This document shows positions 56,396-64,000 of a stretch of 64,000 bases of DNA, piece by piece. A program made the translations under genes and the position numbers. The stretch lies in the IMG/VR virus record IMGVR_UViG_3300017917_003016, positions 32,001-96,000 of that record. One strand, written 5' to 3'. Each line of letters starts with the position of its first letter. The first letter of the stretch is position 1. Below the pieces are notes generated by a model. The model was not told where the DNA came from. It did not search any database and worked only from the letters and a program-made list of their open reading frames with translations. The stretch is from a virus. Taxonomy: Duplodnaviria > Caudoviricetes.

Positions 56396-57507
56396 AGTTA
56401 GACAAAATAGATATAGAAGATTTAATTACTGATCACAAAATTATTTCAAGGATAACAGTTGAAATATTGCAAATAATCAGTAACGCGCCTGCAGATGACA
56501 ATAAAGAAAAATACATACATAATTATTTAGATAAAACTATTTTTAAAAAAGATCTACTGGACAGTTTTCAAAGACCTGTGATTGTGATATACGATGAAGT
56601 CTTAACCGTTGAAATTCTATTGGCTATACATTTGTGGTTTATCAAACAATCTTGTAATATAGATAATATTTTTTTAGTAACTACGCACACGTTGGGTGCT
56701 AGCGAGTGGTATAAAAAATATCTAAATTTATTTGGTCTTAGAGGTTTTAGGTTAGTTGAAGCACCTTTAATGTCTCGTAGGTATGTCGATCGATTTATTG
56801 ACATTCCTAAAAAAGATATTTTTTCTAACAAAAAAATAAAACATTATTTTAGTTATTATGGAGGAAGTTATCCATCTCTAGAGAAAGACTTTTTAGTAAC
56901 AGTCATGTTACAATTACCCAACGGATGTGTAGAGTATATGTCAGGCTTCTCAAACGATGAAGAAAAACTAGATAATTATTTAGAAGAATTAACTGGATTT
57001 TGTGACAGAAAAACCGTTGACAATCTAATGAATATTAGGCGGTCGTTTGTCTTTACTAAAAACAAAACACAAACGTTAAATGAAACTTTTAATCTTTTAG
57101 GACATCAGTACCAAATTGATCAACAATGTGCCTTTCAAATTATAAGAGAAACCAATAATTCAACTCCGTTTTCCTGTATTACTGAAAAAACTCTCAGAAG
57201 TTTTATTCATGGGCAATTGCCTATTCCTTTGAGCGGTAAAAATTCAGTTAACAATATTAAAAAATTAGGATTCTTATTGGACAGTAATATTATTGACTAT
57301 AATTATCAATACTTAGATACTTTTTATGAAAGAATACAGGCAGTTGTTACTGAAGTTTGTAGAATACAAAAGAATTTTTCTCTTGAAGATTTGACCAACT
57401 ATATTAATGACAATCTAGATTTAATAGAGTATAATTATAAGTATGTTGCATCGGGTATGTTGTTTGACACTATCAAAACAAATTTTTTAAAACAAATTAA
57501 TGACTAA
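56392..57507 (+). CDS. AT-rich hypothetical protein, possible glycosyltransferase-like
   Basis: ITEKTLRSFIHGQLPIPL...LGF; lies between primase and helicase. Confidence 0.45.
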   Translation: MKLDKIDIEDLITDHKIISRITVEILQIISNAPADDNKEKYIHNYLDKTIFKKDLLDSFQRPVIVIYDEVLTVEILLAIHLWFIKQSCNIDNIFLVTTHTLGASEWYKKYLNLFGLRGFRLVEAPLMSRRYVDRFIDIPKKDIFSNKKIKHYFSYYGGSYPSLEKDFLVTVMLQLPNGCVEYMSGFSNDEEKLDNYLEELTGFCDRKTVDNLMNIRRSFVFTKNKTQTLNETFNLLGHQYQIDQQCAFQIIRETNNSTPFSCITEKTLRSFIHGQLPIPLSGKNSVNNIKKLGFLLDSNIIDYNYQYLDTFYERIQAVVTEVCRIQKNFSLEDLTNYINDNLDLIEYNYKYVASGMLFDTIKTNFLKQIND

Positions 57508-58897
57508 AGAATATTCTCTAGATTTGCAAAAACTGTTTTTGGAAATGATGCTGCAGGATGCGCAGAGTTATGTACGGGTGCAGAATATCTACAATCCAGA
57601 AAACTTTGAACGCAGTCTGCGCAGTGTGGCTAAATTCATAAGCGAGCACACAGATCGGCACAAAACTATGCCTACTCTAGAACAGGTCAAGGCAGTTACC
57701 AACGTTGACCTTCGGAAGGTGCCAGATCTTAATGAAGAACACTACAACTGGTTTTTGGGAGAGTTTGAAGGATTTACCAAACAAAAAGAACTTGAACGTG
57801 CAATTCTCAAAGCCGCAGACATGCTAGAAAAAGGCGAATACGACCCTGTAGAAAAACTCATCAAAGATGCTGTGCAAATCAGTTTGACCAAAGATCTAGG
57901 CACAGAATACTTTGAAGATCCTCGTACAAGATTGATGAAGATCAAATCAAATAACGGACAGGTCAGCACTGGGTGGCCTACACTAGACAAGCGACTGTTT
58001 GGTGGCATGAATCGTGGGGAACTCAACATTTTTGCAGGCGGTTCAGGCAGTGGCAAGAGTCTGTTCATGCAGAATATTTCAATCAATTGGGCTACACAGG
58101 GACTGAATGGAGTATATCTTAGTCTAGAACTGAGTGAGGAACTCTGCGCCATGCGTATGGATAGCATGGTGGCCAATGTCAGCACTAAAGAAGTATTTAG
58201 AGATCTTGACACAGTAGAAATGAAGGTCAAGATGACTGGGAAGAAGTCAGGTAGTTTGCGCATTAAGTATATGCCTGCACAGAGTAATGTTAATCAGATT
58301 CGTGCATATCTTAAAGAACTACAGATACAAACAGGTATCAAACTGGATTTTATCATGGTAGATTACTTAGATTTGGTAATGCCTGTGAGTGCCAAAGTGT
58401 CACCCAACGACCTGTTTGTCAAGGACAAGTATGTCAGTGAAGAACTGCGTAACCTAGCCAGAGAAACCAACATTCTAATGATCACTGCTAGTCAGTTGAA
58501 CAGATCTGCGGTAGAAGAAATTGAATTTGATCATAGTCACATTGCAGGCGGATTGAGTAAGATCAACACAGCAGATAATGTGTTTGGTATTTTCACAAGC
58601 CGTGCTATGCGTGAACGCGGTCGTTATCAAATACAACTTATGAAGACACGTTCAAGTTCGGGTGTAGGACAAAAGGTTGATCTTGAATATGACGTTGAAA
58701 CTCTGCGTATTACCGATCCAGGCGAAGAAGCACAAGAAAATGGATTCAAACAAGAGGGTGCTTCTAACATCTTAAATCAGATAAAAACAGGCAGTACCCT
58801 AAACAGAGAGCCGGGTCAAGACTCTCCTAAAATTAATGCAACAGTTGACAGCAGCAAACTTAAAAACATGCTAGCAGGTTTAAAAAGAGGCGAATAA
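57500..58897 (+). CDS. Replicative DNA helicase (DnaB/gp41 family)
   Basis: GGSGSGKS, LSLEL, MVDYLD, TASQLNR and MKTR motifs. Confidence 0.92.
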   Translation: MTKEYSLDLQKLFLEMMLQDAQSYVRVQNIYNPENFERSLRSVAKFISEHTDRHKTMPTLEQVKAVTNVDLRKVPDLNEEHYNWFLGEFEGFTKQKELERAILKAADMLEKGEYDPVEKLIKDAVQISLTKDLGTEYFEDPRTRLMKIKSNNGQVSTGWPTLDKRLFGGMNRGELNIFAGGSGSGKSLFMQNISINWATQGLNGVYLSLELSEELCAMRMDSMVANVSTKEVFRDLDTVEMKVKMTGKKSGSLRIKYMPAQSNVNQIRAYLKELQIQTGIKLDFIMVDYLDLVMPVSAKVSPNDLFVKDKYVSEELRNLARETNILMITASQLNRSAVEEIEFDHSHIAGGLSKINTADNVFGIFTSRAMRERGRYQIQLMKTRSSSGVGQKVDLEYDVETLRITDPGEEAQENGFKQEGASNILNQIKTGSTLNREPGQDSPKINATVDSSKLKNMLAGLKRGE

Positions 58898-58940
58898 ACT
58901 TTTCAAACCAGCATAAATAGTATAAATTGGAGTTGTCACT

Positions 58941-59189
58941 GTGCAAAAACGCACTCGTAGCATTCTTTCTGAACTTGATGAATTGTTGTTGCATAAAGAC
59001 AAGGATAATCTCCTTGAAAGTCGTGCAAACAACATTATCAATGGCGCCATTAACCTCATTCGTTACATTCATGAAACATATGAGCCAGAGAAAGCCGGAG
59101 AACTAGAGCGCCGCCTGCTGAATGCAATCAAAGGACAAGATCCTGCAAAATTTGCTCGCGGTATCAGGAAAATCAAAGATGAAGATTAA
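58941..59189 (+). CDS. Hypothetical late protein
   Basis: Late motif ATAAATA at 58913-58919. Confidence 0.65.
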   Translation: MQKRTRSILSELDELLLHKDKDNLLESRANNIINGAINLIRYIHETYEPEKAGELERRLLNAIKGQDPAKFARGIRKIKDED

Positions 59190-59751
59190 AGAAATAACGG
59201 AAAGTCAATTGAACGAAGGTGTTTTAGACTTCATTGGCCGAGTTGGTGCTGGACTAAGAGGTAGTATTGCGGGAGCCCAAGCAGCCATGCCTACTACGCC
59301 TACAAATGCATTCAGAACAGTGGGAAACATCGGAGGTGGATTGATTAAGGGCGCACAAACGGGTTACCAAACCGCTGCTGCACAACAACTGGGAAAACAG
59401 CAACTTACCCAACAGGTACAAAATGTTTTTAAAAGTTGGAATACCTATTATGGTCAAACTAAAGACCCTAATATTTTAAATTGGGCAACAAGATTTTTTA
59501 AAAAATCAATAGGTCGTAACAGTGAACTAAAAAGAACTTTGCCCAACATTACAAATTCGTTAGCAGTAAAGAATTGGATTACTCAAGTACTTCAAAAATA
59601 TCAACAAGGTGTTTTAAAAGATTTATCACCAACAGCACCAACAGCACAACAAATAGCACAACCAACAGCAGGGTCAACAGCACGGCCAACAGTACGACAA
59701 AGAATGCAACAGCAACGTACTGCCACGCAACAAAGAAGGCAAAGAGAATAA
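59179..59751 (+). CDS. Hypothetical Gln-rich protein, probably internal head
   Basis: N-terminus MKIKEITESQLNEG. Confidence 0.55.
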   Translation: MKIKEITESQLNEGVLDFIGRVGAGLRGSIAGAQAAMPTTPTNAFRTVGNIGGGLIKGAQTGYQTAAAQQLGKQQLTQQVQNVFKSWNTYYGQTKDPNILNWATRFFKKSIGRNSELKRTLPNITNSLAVKNWITQVLQKYQQGVLKDLSPTAPTAQQIAQPTAGSTARPTVRQRMQQQRTATQQRRQRE

Positions 59752-59755
59752 CAAT

Positions 59756-60997
59756 ATGAAACTGTTTGAAATTAAAGATCAAACTCCGCAATGGTTGCTG
59801 CTAGAATCTGCAGAAGGCAAAAACGTACATCTAGAACATCTCGAAGATGAAATTTTTAACAAGGGGTGGGCAGGAGCACAATCCGCTCTTAATTATCTTG
59901 ATAGCCTACGTAATATGTTGGCTGAAGGCACGGGCACCACTACAAAACTAACAGTGAAATGGGACGGTAGCCCTGCAATAATCTGCGGTATAGACCCCGA
60001 GGACAGCAAATTTTTTGTTGGAACTAAATCAGTTTTTGCTAAAACAGAACCTAAACTCTGCAAGTCTTCAAAAGATATTCAAGAATGGTACAGTGCAGAA
60101 AAGCCAGAGTTGGCCCAAAAATTAGAATTTGCCTTGAAGTATTTGTCTAAATTAGGTATAGGTAGAGTAATACAGGGAGACCTAATGTTTACTCCTGGAG
60201 ACCTTAACATAGTTGAGATCAATGGTGAAGATTGCTATGTCTTTACTCCAAATACCATAACCTATGCCGTTCCAGTTAACAGTGCACTAGGCAAAAGAAT
60301 ATCTCAGGCTAAAATTGGTATAATTTTTCACACAGGATATTCTGGAGACTCCATGTCGTCGATGACGGCGGAGTTTGGGGTAAATGTTGCAGGATTAAAT
60401 CAAATTAAAGATGTATGGTTTGATGATGCCACCTACAAAGATTACACAGGTATAGCCAGTCTAACCCCCAGCGAAAACGAAAAAATAAAAAAGGTATTGG
60501 CATCAGCGGCTGCAACCATGAACAAACTTGGCGAACAGAGATTTAACATAGTTCTTCAGGACAGAGAATTTGCTCGTGTTATTAAACCTTTTATCAACAA
60601 ACAGATCCGCAGCGGCGAACAGATTGGAGAACCCACAAGATTTCTTCAAGATTTTGTTAGACATTATGAACAAGAACAAATGAAAGATGTAGGAGACCCT
60701 ACATCACGCAAAGCACAGAACAGATTGGCTAAAATCAAAGAGCGTGAACAGTGGGTCGCTGATAATAGCAATAATCTACTGGGAGTTTTAGCAATATACA
60801 AACGTGTTGTTGAGTTAAAACTCATGCTTATTCGCAAACTGCAGCAGGTAGAAGGGATTGGGACATTCCAAAAAACTGAAGACGGCTATAAAGTAACTGC
60901 TCCTGAAGGTTTTGTGGCTATAGGTCACGATGGCGGCGCAGTTAAACTAGTGGACCGTTTGACATTCAGCAGGACGAATTTTCTCCGTCGAGCATAA
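59756..60997 (+). CDS. DUF6267-like protein with ligase-type nucleotidyltransferase motifs
   Basis: HLEHLED, TVKWDGSP, QGDLMF, EGFV and VKLVDR motifs. Confidence 0.65.
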   Translation: MKLFEIKDQTPQWLLLESAEGKNVHLEHLEDEIFNKGWAGAQSALNYLDSLRNMLAEGTGTTTKLTVKWDGSPAIICGIDPEDSKFFVGTKSVFAKTEPKLCKSSKDIQEWYSAEKPELAQKLEFALKYLSKLGIGRVIQGDLMFTPGDLNIVEINGEDCYVFTPNTITYAVPVNSALGKRISQAKIGIIFHTGYSGDSMSSMTAEFGVNVAGLNQIKDVWFDDATYKDYTGIASLTPSENEKIKKVLASAAATMNKLGEQRFNIVLQDREFARVIKPFINKQIRSGEQIGEPTRFLQDFVRHYEQEQMKDVGDPTSRKAQNRLAKIKEREQWVADNSNNLLGVLAIYKRVVELKLMLIRKLQQVEGIGTFQKTEDGYKVTAPEGFVAIGHDGGAVKLVDRLTFSRTNFLRRA

Positions 60998-61040
60998 ATA
61001 ATATTAAGCGCGAAAGCGTAAAAAATTTAGGAGAAATAAA

Positions 61041-61412
61041 ATGGCAACAATTTCACGTACAAACGGCGGCGCTCGCCCAGCAGACGGTTCAAGTTTTGGT
61101 AATGCACAGATTACCGGTCGTCAGTTAACACACTACACCATCACATCAGCAGGTCTGTTCTCGTATGGCAACGGTACAAACATGAACTACCTAGCCGCTG
61201 GTTCAGATTATGAAAAACTAGTTCTTGCTATTGAACAAGTTGGCTCAATCGAACTACTAGGTGCTCCTGTGTCAGGCAACACATTCCGCGTTGCTCTGTC
61301 AGGCGCTGCTCCCAGCCCATCAACCGGCGCAACAAGTCTGCAAGCATATTGCAACACCTATGTTAACGGTTCAGGCGTTTCAGGCGCAACTGTAGCAGCA
61401 TTCACATACTAA
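61041..61412 (+). CDS. Small probable virion structural protein
   Basis: Late motif 60994-61000, GAAA-loop hairpin 61008-61019, strong RBS and its own terminator. Confidence 0.55.
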   Translation: MATISRTNGGARPADGSSFGNAQITGRQLTHYTITSAGLFSYGNGTNMNYLAAGSDYEKLVLAIEQVGSIELLGAPVSGNTFRVALSGAAPSPSTGATSLQAYCNTYVNGSGVSGATVAAFTY

Positions 61413-61432
61413 TTTGTAACAGATTGTTTGTG

Positions 61433-61464
61433 ACAAAAAGGCACTTTTTAAGTGCCTTTTTTGT
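61433..61464 (+). terminator. Rho-independent terminator
   Basis: ACAAAAAGGCACTT-TTT-AAGTGCCTTTTTTGT. Confidence 0.82.
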
Positions 61465-61480
61465 TGGTTATAAATATTCA

Positions 61481-61894
61481 GTGAGCAATCAATATCTATA
61501 TCAAGGTTTTACATTAATCGATATTACCCCCACTGGCATTACTGACACTAGTGATGAGTTTAGGCGTAACCAACAGCGCAACTGGGAAACCGTGCAGCAG
61601 ATTATCAGCCTAAGAACACAGCCTACTATTCTAAGTACCAGTAACGTGCTTGATGAAATAAACAAATATCATTTTGGCATCAACTATACAGGAAAACATA
61701 GAATTTGGACATTTAAATTTTCTGTAGAGTACGCCGACATCTATCAGGAAGGCCTAGACCGCTTTGGCCTTGTCAAATACGACTTTAAAATTACTCCAAT
61801 AATTTTGGGATTGAACGAAACGGCAAAACCAGAGCGTGCATTATTTTATCCCAAAGGCCCGTGGAATAACATATACTTTAAAACCCTGACCTAA
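61481..61894 (+). CDS. Hypothetical late protein
   Basis: Perfect TATAAATA at 61469-61476; start moved to the GTG at 61481. Confidence 0.6.
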   Translation: MSNQYLYQGFTLIDITPTGITDTSDEFRRNQQRNWETVQQIISLRTQPTILSTSNVLDEINKYHFGINYTGKHRIWTFKFSVEYADIYQEGLDRFGLVKYDFKITPIILGLNETAKPERALFYPKGPWNNIYFKTLT

Positions 61895-61993
61895 TACATA
61901 AATATTAGTTGATGCTCAAAGCACATTATTAAGGCACAGATAGGCACGGGATCAAGGCACAGTAAACAGCATCGCTTGTAATATGGAGCGGTT

Positions 61994-62257
61994 ATGTCTA
62001 CACCTACGGACATCGAAAAGCAGAATTTGGAAGCCCACGTTGAAATCTGTGCTGTGAGGTACAGTAACTTGGAAACCAAACTGAATAATTTAGAACAGCG
62101 TATGGACAAGATGGAAGTTTATCTTGTGAATATCAAGGATAGTCTTGAGGGGCGTCTTGATGACCGCAGCAAGGCATCTATGCACTATGTCATTATGATT
62201 TTTGGTACCGTCCTAGCAGCACTACTAGGTTATATCGGACACGGTCTGTTCAAGTAA
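61994..62257 (+). CDS. Coiled-coil protein with a C-terminal TM helix (possibly lysis-related)
   Basis: LEAHVEICAVRYSNLETKL...; hydrophobic C-terminus. Confidence 0.55.
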   Translation: MSTPTDIEKQNLEAHVEICAVRYSNLETKLNNLEQRMDKMEVYLVNIKDSLEGRLDDRSKASMHYVIMIFGTVLAALLGYIGHGLFK

Positions 62258-62268
62258 TAAATACTTGT

Positions 62269-62478
62269 ATGAAGATTGTAGAACTAGTAAATAAAATTCA
62301 ACTGCCTATAACCAACGAAGAAAGTGATCTATTAGATCGATTTGTTGGTAATACCCCAGTACCTAAGAGTCATTTAACTGAGCGAGAGCAATTGCTGGCT
62401 AATCATCTAACTATCAAGGATGTACTGACACGTACTCAAAACGATGGTAAAATCTATTACTCAAAACGCATCAAATGA
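62269..62478 (+). CDS. Small late protein
   Basis: ATAAATA at 62257-62263; N-terminus MKIVELV. Confidence 0.6.
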   Translation: MKIVELVNKIQLPITNEESDLLDRFVGNTPVPKSHLTEREQLLANHLTIKDVLTRTQNDGKIYYSKRIK

Positions 62479-62938
62479 ATCATTTGATATAGAAAAAATA
62501 CGTCGATTTACGCAGCAAGAATTAGAACGTTTAAACAAACTATCTAGAGAACTGCCAATTTGTTATCAAATTGGGCTGGATGTTCTTGTTGGTATCTATC
62601 GGGTACACAAAATAGATGACAGGCGCTGGCAGGTCTTTGAAAAAGAAACTCAACTTTTTGAATTTTTCAATAGAAAAGATGCTATTTTTTATTGTATTGC
62701 CCTGCATAAAAAACAATATCAATTGGCCAAAGACATTAAAAACTGCGATAGTCAATTGAGCAAACTTGAATTTGATGCTGCACTCTATAGAATACGTTAT
62801 AAGAAAGCACAACAAAAATCTGATGTCTGGGGCCAGGAATTTTACAGTACTCGATATAACGAAACTATGGAACGAATTGCCCGTACTAAGAAAGAAATAA
62901 AGAAAAACTTAGAATTGGCTAAATATATAAAACTGTAA
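62444..62938 (+). CDS. Hypothetical protein
   Basis: ORF track. Confidence 0.55.
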   Translation: MVKSITQNASNESFDIEKIRRFTQQELERLNKLSRELPICYQIGLDVLVGIYRVHKIDDRRWQVFEKETQLFEFFNRKDAIFYCIALHKKQYQLAKDIKNCDSQLSKLEFDAALYRIRYKKAQQKSDVWGQEFYSTRYNETMERIARTKKEIKKNLELAKYIKL

Positions 62939-62951
62939 CTAGGAACCAATC

Positions 62952-63629
62952 ATGAAACTAGCAGAAATGGCTCGTACATCGCCTAAAAAAATTAATAAAC
63001 TAATGGAGAGTCGCTTTGGCTTTTCTATAAACTTTGATAAACTCACTGTAGAAAAGGCTGAACAACTTAGCGAAACTATCGCTGCTAACTTAAATCGTAT
63101 TCGCCATTCAGTGGGCTTACACACTGCAGAACGCAATCCTCGATACATGGAACTACTAACTGTGCAAGAAGGGCTAAACGTCTGGTTAAACCAGAATCGC
63201 CAACAACTAACCGAAGGCGAAGTTGGTAATGCAGAAGTTCTGCTAGCAGCCAAAGATATGGTAGATTCAATTCAAGACGTTATTGAAAAAGTTGGTAAGA
63301 TGCAAAATGAACAACTGCCACAACTACTAGACAGTATTCGTGATCAAATTGGTTCAGAACAGGCCAACGGTTTTAAGAACGCAGTAGGTAGCACCTTAGA
63401 GACCTTGATGCAACAACTGCAGTCGGCACGAGAAGGTGTTGATCAAGGTGTTGGAATACTCACCGGCGAGCAGTCACAGCCTATGGATCTAGGTGGCGAT
63501 ATGGATATTGGCATGCCCGCAGACATGAGTGCACCTCCTAGCGACTTTGATCAAGACGAAAGTGACGGATTCGCTGCCACTGACGCAGCAGTTGGTGGTG
63601 TAGAAGAACTTGGCCGCGAACGTAGATAA
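62952..63629 (+). CDS. Acidic head-associated / scaffold-like protein
   Basis: MKLAEM N-terminus; QLTEGEVGNAEVLLAAKDMVD; acidic tail. Confidence 0.5.
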   Translation: MKLAEMARTSPKKINKLMESRFGFSINFDKLTVEKAEQLSETIAANLNRIRHSVGLHTAERNPRYMELLTVQEGLNVWLNQNRQQLTEGEVGNAEVLLAAKDMVDSIQDVIEKVGKMQNEQLPQLLDSIRDQIGSEQANGFKNAVGSTLETLMQQLQSAREGVDQGVGILTGEQSQPMDLGGDMDIGMPADMSAPPSDFDQDESDGFAATDAAVGGVEELGRERR

Positions 63630-63631
63630 TT

Positions 63632-64000
63632 GTGAAAATTAATGAATTTATATCATCCCCGAGTAATCCAGAGTCTAACTTATTAACGGCTCTGCAACTC
63701 ATCCGGAACAGATATAAAGATCGTCAAACAATGCCTAGAATATCAACCAAGGCTTTGATAAATCTTGTTCTTAATACCGACAGAACATTTGATTATGATG
63801 CACTAGCATCAGCCGCTGAAAACAATCCCGCAGTAAAAAATCTTATTAAATCTTTTAACAAAGAATTTGTTAAACTTCGCCCAGCGGGCGAACTTGGCGC
63901 TGAAGAAGAAACTACAACTATCACACCCCAAGATGACGTCACTCAAGAACCAGTTGATACAGTCAGTGACATGGCTAAACGTGCTGCAAAAGAGCGCGGC
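63632..64000 (+). CDS. Hypothetical protein (3' truncated)
   Basis: Manually read from GTG: KINEFISS...; frame open to the window end. Confidence 0.65.
   Translation, partial: MKINEFISSPSNPESNLLTALQLIRNRYKDRQTMPRISTKALINLVLNTDRTFDYDALASAAENNPAVKNLIKSFNKEFVKLRPAGELGAEEETTTITPQDDVTQEPVDTVSDMAKRAAKERG

Noticed and set aside
688-63270. Many ORF-track entries lying antisense to or inside longer genes (e.g. 688-999, 5566-5931, 24074-24568, 30556-31287, 41739-42182, 57742-58263)
   Set aside because: They are shadows of well-supported genes, lack an RBS or motifs, and are expected from codon bias and repeats.
1-64000. Stop-codon reassignment, as seen in some large phages
   Set aside because: Genes are full length and densely packed under the standard code, and TAG and TGA both act as real stops.
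1-64000. tRNA, rRNA, integrase, transposase or homing endonuclease genes
   Set aside because: No cloverleaf/T-loop signatures or catalytic motifs were recognised by eye; tRNAscan-SE would be the definitive test.

Overview
The window is a 64 kb fragment of a large lytic T4-like myophage genome, probably infecting an aquatic proteobacterium; the host assignment is inference. Evidence: a UvsY-like protein, a UvsW-like helicase, a primase, a DnaB/gp41-type helicase, many (T/A)TAAATA late-promoter motifs, an array of sigma70 early promoters and very large fibre genes. Almost all genes are on the + strand. Layout: (1) 1-24 kb holds auxiliary metabolic genes: RpoZ-like, two fatty-acid desaturases, ahcY, phasin-like, a PlcP plus Agt-like pair behind a Pho-box-like repeat, rubrerythrin plus DUF3501 behind an OxyR-like site, and two sugar-nucleotide/glycosylation clusters. 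(2) 24-31.5 kb is a GC-richer early region of small genes behind repeated promoter-RBS cassettes, ending in an AAA ATPase. (3) 31.5-38 kb holds replication genes, including a miniature DnaE-like protein. (4) 38-55 kb holds fibre and adhesin genes. (5) 55-64 kb holds primase, helicase and late head-associated genes. The three strongest leads are a phage-borne phosphate-starvation lipid-remodelling module, a structured element 3' of the AAA ATPase that is complementary to early-gene translation starts, and covarying anti-Shine-Dalgarno sequences inside the early promoter spacers. No tRNA, rRNA, CRISPR array, integrase or transposase was seen. All family calls come from motif recognition by eye, not database searches.
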